Assembly: GCF_009914755.1 (NCBI RefSeq) | Contig: NC_060925.1 | Strand: one strand, 5' to 3' | Source: the human T2T-CHM13v2.0 reference genome, Homo sapiens | Length of the DNA: 64,000 nt | Part shown: positions 25,481 through 42,710 of the stretch, piece by piece | Numbering within the stretch: the first letter of the stretch is position 1 | Layout: every line of letters starts with the position of its first letter | The notes under the pieces: generated by a model | Told to the model about the DNA's origin: nothing | What the model saw: the letters and a program-made list of their open reading frames with translations, nothing else | Database searches by the model: none | Program-made: the position numbers and the translations under genes

Positions 25481-28400
25481 ATTTTATTTGCTGTTCATAC
25501 TTAATTATTATTTTGGTTGAACATTAGAATGATTTTGTGAAATTCTGAAAAGAATACTATTGAGATTTTTATTGAAATTATATTGACCATTCAAATTAAT
25601 TTGCAAAGCACTGACTTCGTTGCCATAAAGCTTAGTATTCAAACCTGCATTTCCCAATAGCATTTTATAATTTTTTCATACGGGTCCTTCGCATTCTCAT
25701 TATAGCTTTTCCAAGGCATTCCATAGAAGTTTCCAATGTCATCATTGTTGATATTTGCTGTTGTCATTTTATCTTTTCTAAAAGTTGTATTTTCTAATTG
25801 GATAATAGTTCTATATAGAAAAGCAATGTAGCAAATTTCTACATACAAATTTTTATACAGACAATTTGTATATACAAAAGGTACTTGGCTTTTGTGTCTT
25901 TTTTATATTTAGCAGTTTTCTTGGGCTCTCATATCGATTCTAATAATTCTTAGTTGAATTGTTCTTTTGAATTTCCGGGAATGTAATTATATCATGTACA
26001 AGTAATTGCAAATCTATTTTCTCCCTTCCAGTGTTTGTGCATCTTATTTTTATAAGTGCCCTATTTCATTGGTTAGAACTTTCAGGTCAAAATTTAGTAA
26101 AAATGGCCACAAACTATATCTTTGTTTTGGTCCTGATTTTAATAATATTGCCTTAGTATTTCATCCTTAAAGATGACTTTGACTGTTTGAAATAAACACT
26201 TTTTGTTATGTTAATAAAAGTTCTTAAATTTGTAATTATTTTTTAATAGGGACCAGCTGTTGAATTCTAATGTATTTCCTGCATTAATTGAGAATCTTAT
26301 TTGGATTTTCTTTTTTAGCCTGTGGATGTAATATATTATACTATTGGATTTTAAAGATCTTAAAACATAAAATCTTTTTATTTTAGATTAAACCCTCCTT
26401 GGGTTATTTTGATACTGTTATCTGAATTTGGATTTTCTTTTCTATGTTCATAATTTAGATAGGTTTATTATCTTCTTTTTTTGAGCTGTCTTTTTCAGGG
26501 TTTTATATCAGGGTCATCTCTGTTAAGTAAATTAGATAGATTTTCCATATTTGTCAATGTTTGAAATTACTGAAACATAGTGATTACGTATTCCTTAAGA
26601 ATTGAAAGATTTTTTTCCTGTAAAGTTTTCTAGGCCTAGACACATTTTTTTTCCTGGAGGGAAATCTTTCCTTTTTTTCTAAGTTCTTCAGCCGTGATTG
26701 GCATATGTAGGTTTTATACTTCTAATTTTGATAATGTATATATTTTCAGACTATTCATTTCATCTAGGTTTTCAGATTTATAATTTATAATTTTGCAAAG
26801 TATTGTCTTATATTTAAAATATCTCCTCCTTATCTGGTGCTGAACCTCCCCTTTTTATTTCTAATTTTATTATTCATAGGGTTTTTTTTTCTTCTTTAGT
26901 TTCTCTAATATTTGTCTACTTTATTACTTTTTAAAAAAAGTGCTCTTGAATTAATTCCGTAAGTTTTCCTATATCCTAATTCAGTTAGTTTTGGTTTTGC
27001 CTTTAGTCTTTTCTGTCTACTGATTTCTTAGGGATTTTGTTGTCATTGTTGTTTTTATAAACCCTTGGGTTGAATGCTTTTATTTTTCCTTTCCTTGAAA
27101 ATAAAAACAAATAAGATTGTAACTTCAACTTTTAGTACAACTTTCATATTTTCATATTTTCTTAGTACAATATTTCATACCTTTTGATATATTGTGCTCT
27201 TATTTTAATTATCTTCTAACTGCTATGTTCTTATACTTTAATTTCTGTTTTAATTTTCTGTCCTTATATTTAATGATTTTTTGTTTTAATTTCTATTATT
27301 AATAGCTAGTTATACTGCACTGTGATCAAATAATCAAGCTTATATAATTTTTGTTTCTTAAAATATCTCTCATTTTGGTATATTCATCACAAATGCTTTC
27401 TCCTGTTCTATAATATCTTTTCATTTTGTTTGTGTTGTCTTTTTTAACACATAGTTTTTTTCTCTTAATGTAATCAAATATATCCCTCTTATTTTATTGT
27501 TTGTATGTTTGTATCTTATATAAAATATTTCTGCACTTGATGATAATGAGTGTATCTTCCTATATATTGTTTTTTCTCAAGGTTGCAAAGTTTTGCCTTT
27601 CACATCTGTGTCTTTAATCTTTATGGCTGATGTGAGTGAGAATCTAATTTAACTTACTCCCATATGGATAACCAGTTGTCCCAGTCTCATGAGTTCCTCC
27701 CATTGCTTTGTGAGGCTATTTCAGTCATGTACAGAGCTTCCTTGTGTATATAGGTTATTTATGGGCTTTTGTTCGGTTCCATTAATCTATTTCTATTCCC
27801 TATGCCAGTACTACCACAATCTTTTCAATAAGTCTAAATATCTAACAAGACAAGTCCTGCTACCCTATTTTCTTCTTCTTCCAAATTTTCTTGGCTCTTC
27901 CTGGCCCATTCACATGAATTTTAGAATTAGCTTCTTAAGAATTGTGCACACACACACACGCATTTTGAAGATTTTTAATATGAAAATTTCATCAAATCTA
28001 CAAATAAATATGGAGATGGCTAATATTTTTATGGGAATCTTGCATGATACCACGACACCAGAGGTGCCACCAAGATGACTAACATTTTTATATTACTGAG
28101 TACTGTAATCAATAAACATAGTAATTCTCTCCATTTATTTAGGTCTTCTTGTATTTTATTCAATAATACTTTCATAGTTTTCTTCTTTGAGGTCTTTCAT
28201 ACCTTTTAACAAATTTATTTCTAGGTGCCATGTAATTTCTGTTACTATTATAAATGGGATTTTTTCAATTATATTTTCTAATTAGTTATTACTATTAAGA
28301 ATGCTATTGATTTTTGCATGTTTTTTGTATCTAGCAACCTTTGCTGGACAGTTTTTAGTTCTAAGAGTATGTGAATGTTCTTGACTTCTTTATGTAGACA

Positions 28401-29562
28401 ATCACATTTTCAGCAAACGAAAACAGCCTCTAATCTTTCTCTTTTTCCATTGTTTTATATTACATCAGTTAAGAACTTCAGTATAATGCTGAATAGAGGC
28501 TTATAACTTATAGCCTTCTGTAATTTCTGACTTTAATGAAAATGTCTCTAAAATAGTACCAATTAATATAATATTTGCTTGTAGAGTTTTGATGTATAGC
28601 CTTTGTCAGGTAAGGAAAGTTGCCTTCTATACCTAGTTTGCTAAGATTTTTAAAACCACGAATGAATGCTATATTCTGTCAATGCCTTTTCTGCATTTCT
28701 TGAGATACTAAAAAGATAAAAGATAAAGGAAAAAGGCCTTTCTTTTTAATTTGTTAATTTAATAAGTTTTCAAATCTTGAATTATTCTTTCATTCTTGAG
28801 ATGAAATTCCACTTGGTCAAGATATTTTCTTTAAGATTTTGTATCTACATGAAAAATGAGATTAAGTTATAATTTTCCTTATTTGGATTGTCCCTGTCTG
28901 GCTTTAATATCTCAAAAAATAAGTTCGGAAATTCTCTTCCTTTTTCCTCCTACCCTCTGAAAGAATTTTTGTCGTTTAAAGCAGGGCTTATCTATTTCTT
29001 AAAAATCTGGTAAATGTTTGGGCCTGATGTCTTTGGAGATGGAAGAACTTTTGATTAATAATTTAATTTCTTTAGTAGCTAAGGCTTAGTTCTGGTTTTA
29101 TCTGAATAAATTACCAAATTTTATTTTTTTCTTGAAAATTATTTATTTTTCCTAAGTTTCCATATTTATTCAGATGCAGTTAATAGTATTCTTTATGTAT
29201 TTTAAAATCTCCACTGTATCTATTTCTATCCCTTTTTATTGCCACTTTCTGTTTGTGTTTTTCTCATTTTTATTGATTGGTTGAGCTCAGGGTTGATCTT
29301 TTTCTGTAAGTTGTTTCAAAAAACTAACTTTGTGTTTTATTCATCTTCCCTAAATATAATTTCTTTCATTCTTCTCTTATATTATTTTCTTATTTCTAGT
29401 TTAGATTTCTCTATTGTGCTTGCCTAGTTTCTTAAGTTGAACACTTTACTTATTTATTGTGCTGTTTTTATTTGTTTATTCATTTTGCTTTTACTGATTT
29501 TTTTTCTTAAGTAGAACTCTACTTGTCCTTTTGACCACAGCAAGGACCTCAGCACTTTTTGA

Positions 29563-29970
<408 letters not shown>

Positions 29971-30212
29971 AAAATAAAATATTCTTTAGTAGTTCTTTAA
30001 GTGACAGTCTGTGGTTGGTAAACTCTCTTCATCGTTGGATGCCTGAAATTCTTTATTTTTCAGGGTATAGAATTTGAGACTGGTATTTATTTTCCCTCTG
30101 CACTTTGAACATATTACCCTTATTATCTCCTAGAATCTATTGATGTCTATGAGAAGGCTGCTGTCAGACTAATTTTTATTCCTTTGTAGGTAAATTCATT
30201 TATCTCTTTAAC

Positions 30213-31072
30213 CTTTTTTTAACTGACAGATAAAATGATATATATTTATAGTGTTCAATGTGATTTTTAAAGTAAAATTATAACATGGAATGACTAAATC
30301 TAGCTAATTAACGTGTACATTACCTCACATAGTTATCATTTTTGTGCTGGAAACACTTAGCATTCACTCTGTTAAGCATTTTTCAAGAATACAATATATT
30401 GTTATTAACTATAGTCACTATGTGGTACAGTAGATCTCAAACTTATTCCTTCTAACTGAAATCTTATATCCTTTGACCAACATCGCTTCAACTCACCAGC
30501 CCCACCCCCATCCTACCCCCACCACGGCCTCAGCTCTCGGTAACCACCATTCTGCTCTCTGCTTCTGTAAGATCAACTTTTTTCAATTCCCACATATGAG
30601 TGAGATCACGTAGTATTTGTTTTTCCTTGCCTGGCATATGTCATGTAACATAATGTCCTCCAGATTCATCCATGTTGTGGCAAATGACAGGATTTGTTTC
30701 TTTTTTCACAGCTGAATAATATTTCATTGTGTACATATACCACATTTTCTCTATTCATTCATCTGTTAATGGCCACTTAGGTTGATTCCATATCTTGGCT
30801 ATTCTGAATAATGCTGCAATGAACCTGAAGTGCAGATATCTCTTTGACATACTGTTTTCATTTCCTTTGAATACATTACTCAGTAGTTGGATTGCTGGAT
30901 CATATGGTAATTCTATTTTTAATTTTTTGAGGAACCTCCATACTGTTTTTCATAATGGCTGTTCCAATTTATATTCACACCAACAGTGTGAAAGGGTTTC
31001 CTTTTCTCCACATCCTCACCAACATTTTCTATCTTTTCTGGATAATAGTCACTCTGATGTGTGAGGTGATAC
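30213..31072 (-). mobile_element. L1MA 3' fragment
   Basis: ACATTACCTCACATAGTTATCATTTTTGTG and GGATTGCTGGATCATATGGT signatures. Confidence 0.82.
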
Positions 31073-31914
31073 CTGTTAACTTATGATTATCTCTTTATTC
31101 ATAGTGTTCTGCAATTCAGCTGCAATTTATCTTCACTTCTAGAAAATTCTCAGCCATTATGTCTTTAAATATTGCATCACTGTCATTTCCTCCTTTCTCT
31201 TCTTTCAGAATTTTTGTTACATTAGAGTTGGTATCTATGAGAAGGCTGCTTGCTGTCAGACTAATTTTTATCCCTTTGTAGATAAATTCATTTAACTCTT
31301 TAATCTTTTTTAACTGACAGATGAAATGATACGTATTTATAGTGTACAATATGATCAATCAATCTTCCATGTCTCTTAATACTTTCTCTTCTTTGCCTGT
31401 ATTCTGGATGTGTTCCTCCGCACCATTTTCCACTTCACTAATGCCTTCTTCAACTTTATCCAGGCAGAAATTTTCTATCTGGTGCATTTTAAATTTCAAT
31501 GTTTATACTAATCATTTCTGAGGTTTTTTTTAGTTGGCTCTTTTTTCTACCTTTAACCGGGAGTAGAATCTTGTCCTGACTATTCACTTTGTTGGCTGTC
31601 TTCCTTAGCATTAGATTTCTTCATGTATTTTGAAAGCTGAGTTTGCAGGCTCATTTCAGGGGAAAGTGATGTTTGTTTTGTTTGGTTTTCTGTCTTTTTC
31701 TCCCTCACTCGGTGCTCATCCCTCCCTCTTCTCCACTATTGCAGTGGTCCACTCAGCCCTCCAGCTCCCCGTCCCAGAACCAGAGTCTCTGGGGGCATTT
31801 CAGGGTTACTGTTGCTCAGTGACGATAGGGACAGAGCAGACCCAGGCATGGACTCATTCCCAACCACCAGGCTGTGTCTGTGTCCTTCCACACCCCTAGA
31901 CAAGCAACTTCTAG

Positions 31915-34079
<2,165 letters not shown>

Positions 34080-34998
34080 TAATTTAAAGTTTTCATGAGG
34101 ACATGCAACACGGTTATGTGACTCAGTAACACAGTGCTGCCTAAGGGCTGGCGCGTGCGCAGGTCTGCCGGCCCCTGCAGGGCTCTTGGAGTTCTTGGTC
34201 TTGTGTCTCAGTGGGGTTTCTGCTCGTATGCTCTCAGTGTACCTGACTTTAGTGGAAGTCCTAGCCACATTCCTAGTTTGTTCCCCTGCACCTGCTTGAG
34301 ACAGAAAGTCAAAAAACCAAGACCTTTTTGAGTAGATATGTAAGAAAAGCTCAGCAGTGCCCTGAGTGAACTGCATGAACCCATGGCATTTCTTATGGGT
34401 GTCATAGGAGTTTTATTTTGTTGTTGATGACGTTGTTTGTGTCAATGGAAGAATGTTTTATGGAATTTGAAATACAAAAACTGTTTGTGGTTCCTTAGAC
34501 ACTTGCACTGCAATAGAAAATTATACTTTATCGTAAAATTAATGGTTTGAAGAGAAATAGACAGCATAAACAAAATATGGTCCATACTATGAAAATGCAA
34601 ACCATACAATGGTGATTTTGATTTTCATAAAATGAAAATCCTAAAATAATTACTCAGTACCCAGAGACATACTTAATATATACATGTGAAATATCTTACA
34701 CACAGATATAATAAAAGCTTGCCAGCATTTTGATATTTGAAGTTTTCAGATACATGGCTTCTAGATAAAGGATATAATTGCATATTCTTAAGGAAATATA
34801 GTTTTATTATTTTCGAGGAATAGACATCAGAACTCAGTTAAGAGGATGCTATTTGGGGTCTTCTTTTAATGAATATAAAAAAAGCAATTCATAACAAGCA
34901 CATTGGTTTCTGAGTAAAATGAAGCTTCTGAAATGTGTGAAGAATGCTTGAAAACAATGTTTTGTAAGCCAGTGAAACATCTCCCTTCCCCTCACTTA

Positions 34999-35176
34999 CA
35001 GGATTGCAAAATTTAGCAAATGAAAATACATCAGGCCCAGGTAAGCATGAATTTCAAATAGAAACAAAGAATTTTTAGTGTACTATATCCCAAACATTGA
35101 AGGGGACAGACTTATATTTGCGATTTATCTGGAATTCACACTTAACTGGGTGCTCCGTACTTTATCTGGCAACCCT
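34999..35176. mobile_element. MER53-like hAT MITE
   Basis: CAGGATTGCAAAATTTAGCAAAT ... TACTTTATCTGGCAACCCT inverted ends. Confidence 0.65.
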
Positions 35177-36165
35177 TCCCACCTCAGAAGTTAACCTTCA
35201 TTGTGCACCACCTTTTAGGAAGGAACCAGGCCAGCCTCTGTAAATTCTGTATTGGTGAGCTCGTATTAATGCATTTTCTTTTGCACATCTTGAGGCTCAT
35301 AAAGAGACTGAAGTCGCCAACCAATGGCTCTCAAACCCAATGCACCCTGGCAAAGCAAAGCAGGGCAGCCTTCAGAACTTCTCCAAGGGGAGGGCTGTGT
35401 GGGTTCTCCCCCACAAAGCTCTATTTTAGTCACAGTCATTAGTGCTGGAGAAAACACACACTGGTCATGGGATTCACCTTTTGCCATGTCGCAAGAAAGT
35501 CAGTAAAATAATGCCTGAAAGAAGGCTTGGGCTTCCGACCCCTGCACTGAGCACTCTGGTAGTAACCTTCTGAAACATGCCTGTGCGTTTTTTTCAACAG
35601 TCAAAGCTCCTGACATCTCTCCCTGCAGAGGGATTGAGCAGCACTTTTAAACCAGAGACTGAGTGATTTCAGGCAAGTATTCCGGCCTTTCCATGAGACC
35701 TGCACTTAGGAGAAAGGAGGGGAAAGGCCAACTTGACTGAGCTCTTGATAGAAATACATTTGCTTACTTAATCTTCATTAGCTCCCGCTGAAGTATAATG
35801 CTCAGTTTACACACCGAGAAACAGAGGCTCAGAGAAGTCAAGCTGTTGCCGAGTCGCAGAGCCAGTAGCAGAGCTTGGATTCCAATCCAGGTCTCTTGGG
35901 TTGCAAAAGGCTGACCCCTATTTCCATGGTACCACCCTTCATCTCTCCAGGGAAAGGGAAAGCGCTAAAGAATGCCAGGGTTATGGAATGTTCTAGGGGA
36001 GAGCATAGGCTGTCATGGGGCAGGCTCACTCCTAACTGGTTTCTGAGAGAAGAATATGAGGTATAACAAAATGAAAATGGGCTTCATAGCTAGACACTTC
36101 AGTGTCTGAAGCCTGCCTCCACTGCTTTTTAGCTGTGTGACTTTGTTACCTAATTTCTCTCTCTG

Positions 36166-36296
36166 TTTTTTTTTAAGTGATGGGATCTCGCTATGTTGCC
36201 CAGGCTGGTGCAGTGGCTGTTCACAGGCATGCTCATAGTGCACTACACTCTGGAACCCCTGGGCTCAAGTGATCCTCCTGTTTCAGCCTCCCGAGT
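36166..36296 (-). mobile_element. FAM (fossil Alu monomer, 7SL-like)
   Basis: GCAGTGGCTGTTCACAGGCATGCTCATAGTGCACTAC retains the 7SL-type segment absent from dimeric Alus. Confidence 0.7.
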
Positions 36297-37203
36297 TTCA
36301 TTTCTCTTTATCAGTCAAGATGCCAGCAGGAAACTGATGGCACACACAGCAGGTTTAACTGAGGAGAGTTTAGCAAAGGGACTATTAACTGAGGCTTGGG
36401 CAGGATTACAGGAACCCACAGGGGATGGTGAAGCACTGAGGAACTAGTAATTGCAGAAAGCTGTCACCACCCAGGCCTACAGGGCAAGAGGAGGGAATAT
36501 TTTATTGGATCCTGTTGAAAGCTGGCATCATGGACAAGGGCCAACTGACAGGGGCTGTGGCCCTGAAGAAACACGACCACTGTCGGAACAAAACCCTGGA
36601 ACAGAGGTCCCAACCTTGACCTCTCTCCTTCCCTAGCCAGCAGTGCAGGTTATAAGTCTGTAGAGTTTAGCCCCTCAGGGCACAGAGGAGGGCAGGAAGT
36701 GGATGGAAGGGGTGGGGCATAGTAATCGGAGAATAACAACACTCCCGCTGGGCATCAGTTTCCTTTTTTTAAAATGGGAATCATAGTATCTACCATGTGG
36801 CATTGTTGTAAAGATTAGAAATACATAGACTGACGCATTCAACAGGTATTTACCAAGTATCTACCATATCCTGGGCTCTCTCCCACAGATACAGTGATGA
36901 CCAAAACAGACCGTATCTCTGCCCTCATGGTAGGTGAAACGCAAGAAAGCCAGACGTTACATAAGTATTTACAAGGGGGAGGAGATAAAATATCACCTCT
37001 CACACACAGGGTACTCATAGTACTTGTAAATAGTAGCTATAATTATTTCTTAAAGTCCCCCAAAGAGACCTATGCTGCATACCACTTCTTGATTTCTTAT
37101 ACCAATATGTATTTATGAACAACTTTTACCGTCCGGACAGATTTTCTCCCACTGGAATACAAAGTTCTGAGCATCCTGAAAGCAGAAAACAGCTGTTACT
37201 CCC

Positions 37204-37676
37204 TGTGTTAGTCAGGGTTCTCCAGGGAAACAAAACCAATAAGATGCATGCGTATAAGAGATTTATTGTAAGGGACTTGGCTCATGCAATTATGGAGGTT
37301 GGTGGGCCACTAGATCTGTAGTCAGCAAGCTTGAGGAGCCAATGGTGCAGTTCCAGTCTGAGGCTGGGAGGCTCAAGACCCAGGAGGAGCTGATGTTTCA
37401 ATTCAAGTCCAAAGGCAGGAAAAAACTGATGTCCCAGCTCAAAGGCAGTCAGGCAGGAGGAGTTACCTTTTACTCAGCCTTTTCGCTGTCTTCAGGACTT
37501 CAGACAACTGGATGAGGCCTACCTACAAGGGGGAGGACGATCTGCTTCCCTTGATCCATCAGTTTAAATGCTAAGGTCACCCAAAATGCCCTCACAGAAA
37601 CACCCAGAATCATGCTTGACCAAATAACTGGGCACCCCATGGCCCAGTCAAGCTGACACATAAAATTCATCATCAT
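37204..37676 (-). mobile_element. MLT2 LTR
   Basis: TGTGTTAGTCAGGGTTCTCCAG ... CCAGTCAAGCTGACACATAAAATT. Confidence 0.82.
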
Positions 37677-40600
37677 GCTATGCTGGAGTTAAAATTCTTT
37701 ATAAAGTTGTCCCTCACTTTCCCCTTCCTGCCTAACATGGCCTCTCTCTTTCACCTGGAGTCTCTCCAAGTACGGCTCCCGGGCCACCTGGATGGAACCT
37801 TTGTGGGAACTTTCTGGTCACTCAGATAGCAGGGCCCCAGGCAGGCTTTGTGTGTGAGGATACCTGGGACAGAGACTCAGAAATCTGCATGGTAAACACA
37901 GCCCTGTGGCTGCCCATTCTCCAGCCCTGTGATCACCTTATGGTGTCCCCTCTCCAACCTGTCAGATACCAAAAGGAGGAGAAGAGAAACCCTACAAGAT
38001 AAGATGTGTTCTGAGTGTCGGAGGGGTGGGAGGGCCTCTAAGGGGACAGAGAGAAGTGCCTGAATAGTGAGGCCGATCCACAGGATGGTGAGAGAAAGGA
38101 TTACTAACAGAGCTGGGGGGTGAAAGGTGAGCGGGGCTCCTGTGTGTGGCAGCTCTGGGGCTGCTGAGCCCAGGGGACGTGAAGGCGCTGCTGGAGCCTC
38201 CTACCTGTCGACCTCTCCAGACTCAGCCTGGCTTCCTCTGCCTTGCCCCCGTGCCCAGTCCTGGCGAACTTCCTTCAGTTCATCAAACAGCTGAATCCCT
38301 TCCTGCCTCAGGACCTTGGCTGGTGCTGTTGCCTCTGCCTAGAGCCCTCTTCTTAGGATTCTCTGCATGGCTGGCACCTTCTCCTTCAGGCTTCACCATC
38401 AGAGGAGCTCTCTGTGGAGGGGCCACCTCAAACCACCCCATCTGATGTAGGGGCTTGCCTCTGTTTTCCCGGAGAATTTATGAAGACATGTGGTTTTAAA
38501 GATTTATCTGTGTGTGAAGCAGGAGCAAGTTTCATAGGCCACATATTCATGTGTGCAAAACTGTAATCGATTATATTTTGTAATTCTTAGTTTCTGAACC
38601 CTCCCTCTGTCACAGAAAACAGAGTCTTCTTCAGATAAACTCAGCCAAATGAAGGGTTACAGGATCATTTCTGGTTATCGACCTAGGCAGATTTTCTCCC
38701 ATTCTTCCTGGAGGGGTCTCAGTTCTAGGTGTGTGTGTGTGTGTGTATGCATGTAATGAGGGTTACTTTTGCCCTGGTGCCAAGAGAGAGAGGCACCTGC
38801 TCCATGGTTGTTGCTCTTTGTCCACAGTGGCTTTGTTGAGGTGTGAGGTTCCCCGGGCCTTTAGTCATTGGCACCCATCCTCCTGACTTCCTCCCAAATG
38901 ACCCAGGATATGTTGTGGTCTCCAGTGGCCTTGGCATTCTCCTTTTCCCAAAATTGTTGGGTCCTCCAGCCCCTCTCAACCCTCTGGGGTCCTGCCCGTG
39001 GGCAGGGGAGGTCCTGGCTCCTTTTTTTGCACCAGACTGTGAGTCTGTCCTCAGCCTGGATGCCTCACTCAGCCATGCCTCTTCTACCTTCACACACAGG
39101 ATTCTGGGGGAAGTTACCTGTGGAAGGGGGCTCAGGGCACCTCCATCCTGGGGTTCCCTAATTTGTCATGAAGTTTCTATTATCTCTTGACCCAGAGCTT
39201 GACTGGGGAAGGAGGACACACACAGGCAGCTCCCCTATGTCTCCCTCTCCCCTTTCTCCCTTTCTGCTAAGCTGGTGAATTTTTATTTGGGGCAAGCCAG
39301 TGGGAGGGAATACTCTTCTTAGGACATGGCACTTTCTTCCTCTTTGCTGCTCAAAGTGCAGAGTTAATGACGTAGCAGTGACTCCATGGGGCATCTTCAG
39401 CACCAAGAGCAATGCCTGGCATGCAGTGAGCACTAAAGGAGTATTCGGTGAATGAATGAATGACTACATCGGTATGAGTTTGCCATCTTGAATAATATTC
39501 CTGCCCTGAATAACTTTGGAGAAAGTGCCAAAGAACTTCATTTGGTGAGAATTTCCAATCTCCACCACAAAGTAGCTGTCATCCATGCCTCAAGAGTGAC
39601 AGCATGAGCCCTCTGGAAGCCAGACATGAATTGACGTGGGAGAAAATAAACATGTGAAGTGCTGAGCTGGCAACATGCCCCAGTTACCTTTGAATTTTAT
39701 GGGAAGGCAAAAAATAACCAACAGTTATCACGCTAAGCCTTAAAAAGTGACTTTTTGATCAGGTCAGTGCTGCAACCTTAAGAATCCCAAAGGTAATTGA
39801 TGGGGAGCCAATTCTCAGTTTCACCCAAGTCCCTGCAGGGCCCTGGGGAAAGTACAATGAGCAGCTTCTTACTGTGAAAGTGACGCTGGGCTGGGCCCTC
39901 CGCAGGGCAGAGGAGCCCTCCAGGTGCAGAGAAGCTCTGGGGACTTTCTGTCTCTGACGAATGAACATTTTCACCAACTCTGACACAAGTTTTGCTTTTT
40001 TCTCTTAAAGTGGAATGGGTGAGTTAGAGGGAAGGCGGGAGAAGAAGATTACGTTTCGGAGAAGAGCTTCCAAGTTGAAAACAATGGAAGCTAAAAAATA
40101 GAGGAAAGTGATGTATTTAAAAGACCGTGTTTGATAGAATCCTACAATAATAATACCGTGCTTAAATTATACATAATTGGCGTTCAATAAATGCTTGGGA
40201 TGAATACATTAATAAATGAAGAATATTTGTACCTATGAGTTTTTATCTGCATTAGACAGACTTTATGGAAAGCTGACCTGAGAACTAAAATATTCCTTTA
40301 TGATATTGTTTCTATGGGAAAATATGTTTTGCATTCCAAACAACTGACTTGTGAGTGGGCTTTTGCAGAAGTCAGGATTGCTGCCATGGGGGTGGGTTAT
40401 GTGACGCAAACCACAATCTCTAGTCTGTACCTCTTGTGACCAACCCACATGCTTAGAAGCCCACAGGCTGGACTCAGGGAAGCTGCCATTGGTCAAGGAA
40501 CAAAGTTTTGCTAACACGGAAATACCCCAGAATATGAACTTAAAACACAGGGCAGAAAACAGTAAATAAAATCCAGCCTTTCCATTGAAATAAAATCCAG

Positions 40601-42496
40601 CCTTTCAAATGGAACTTCAGTTGTAACTCCAGTTAAAATGAAGCATTAACCGTTCATTCACTCACTCATACATATGTGTGTATCTCCTGCCTTTCGTCCC
40701 AAGTATCCTGCAAATAACTCTGCAGGGATTTAAAAAATGAATTATCTTAAAGGACAGACAGGACAGGAAGACAGATAACAGCAGACAAGAGATGTCAACA
40801 GAATTGTGGGAAATGGGGAGTGTGGGATACGGTGCCTGTACTTAGTTTAGCAATGCAGCAGTGCAAGCGAGGCACCTGCTGGGGCGGCGGGGGTGGGGGC
40901 GGGTTTCATTCCCTCTGTAGACCCCTGTGAGACTCAGCATGTGGGGTGACAGCGATTATGGGAGGTGAGTGAGAGGGAGAATGTTGAGACCAGGGAAAAT
41001 TAGCCATTAAGTCTGACTCAATTTTGCTTTCCTCGGTAGCTTCTTCTACCCCTGCAGCCAGGTGTCTATCCCTCTCTCCTTGAGAAGCTTGTTTTAAGGA
41101 GACATTGAAACCCAACAGAAGGGGCTTAGGACTAGGAGACTCCCGGCAGGGTGTGGATTGGATGAAAACAAGGGGATTAATTGAAACTGCACGTTCTCCA
41201 CTCCCCACCCTGCTCAGAAACAGCCCTAACCCGGCATGTTTCCACCAGCAACCACCAGGGAAAAGGTAGAACCAGTTGGCTCAAGAGTGAAGACAGGTTT
41301 GCTGACATTGTGTCCACCAATAAAGAATCACATCTCGTCACCCTAGGGTGTCACCACCGGGACACAAAATTCATTTCACACAAAGAGCTTTGGAGTCTCT
41401 TTTTAGCGCCTCATGCCTATCAGATTGGGGCAGCAGTAATTACCTTGTGGGTAGGATGAGAAGGACAGTTACTCTCTTTTTAAATTTAAATTTACTTTTT
41501 ATCAAAGTAATACATGTACAGAGTTTAAAAACTCTAACAATACTATAAGGCTTATAATGAAACAACAACAACAACAACAACCACAACAACAAAACAGTCT
41601 CCCAGCTCATGCAACCCCACACCTGATTCCCACTCCCTGAAGGCAATTGCTTTCAATTCTTTTCACTGTATCTTCTCCATATTTATAAATCATGTGTGTA
41701 TACTGCTCATTTCCTGATTTTTTCCATTTGGACATTATCTATTTCTTTCTTATTTTGGACATTTTGAATTTTGCTTTCTTCCTCCACCATCCACATAATC
41801 ACTCCTTCAAATGCTCAAAATGATGCCATATTTTAGTCGCCTTCATACTTGGCAATAACTTCCTTTTCAAAAATATAAGTAATACATGTATATAGCTTTT
41901 TTGTGTGAATATGAAGACATATTTATATTTTTAAATAAAATTATTCTTCTAATCTGAAGCCATCTAAAATATAGCATCGCTTTGAACATTTGAACCCAGG
42001 TCATGAGAGAGAGTCTGTTTTTCTGCTTTCACTAGGCACATTCTCCTTGAAGTGGCCATGAGTGGTGACTGTGGCCGGGTGGAGAAATGTGATCCTAGCA
42101 CACTCGGCATCACAGCACTCCCGGGTTGACACAGTCATAATAATGCAAACCTTGTCTATTAGCTCTCCACTCTTAAAATCAACCTACCCACAAAGCAAGG
42201 AAGACATGAGAATGGAAACAGAGCTCATTGTAAATGTTTTCATTCTTGATGCAAAATTAAAGGTACAAATAGCAGATAATGGGAGCAAGGGAGAGACAGA
42301 AGGGAACTGTGCTGATATCCTCAGCTAATGTACTAGGGAGTCAAAAGTTACTTTCTAGATGGAGGAAGAAATAGAAGGTTAAGTATATCATATAAGTGTA
42401 CAGAGGGAACCCATAGAAGAACTAAATTATAAATAAAAAAGTTGGGGGAAAGGAATAAGAGATTATGTTCAATTTTATAGAGGTGAGTCCAAAGAG

Positions 42497-42665
42497 CACC
42501 TGTAATCCCAGCCATTTGGGAGGCTGAGGCAGGAGAATCGCTTGACCCCAGGAAGGTGGAGGTGGCAGTGAGCCAAGATTGCACCACTGCACTCCAGCTT
42601 GCACAACAAGAGTGAGACACCGTCTCAAAAAAAAAAAAGAAAGAAAAAGAAGAAGAAAAAAAGAA
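42497..42665 (+). mobile_element. Alu right-arm fragment
   Basis: CACCTGTAATCCCAGC...GAGACACCGTCTCAAAAA. Confidence 0.85.
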
Positions 42666-42710
42666 TGTCTTAAATTGACCAAGAAACTGTTTTTAAAAAG
42701 TCACATAAGC

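Noticed and set aside
36166-36296. 7SL RNA gene
   Set aside because: Lacks the S domain and is diverged; it is a FAM monomer
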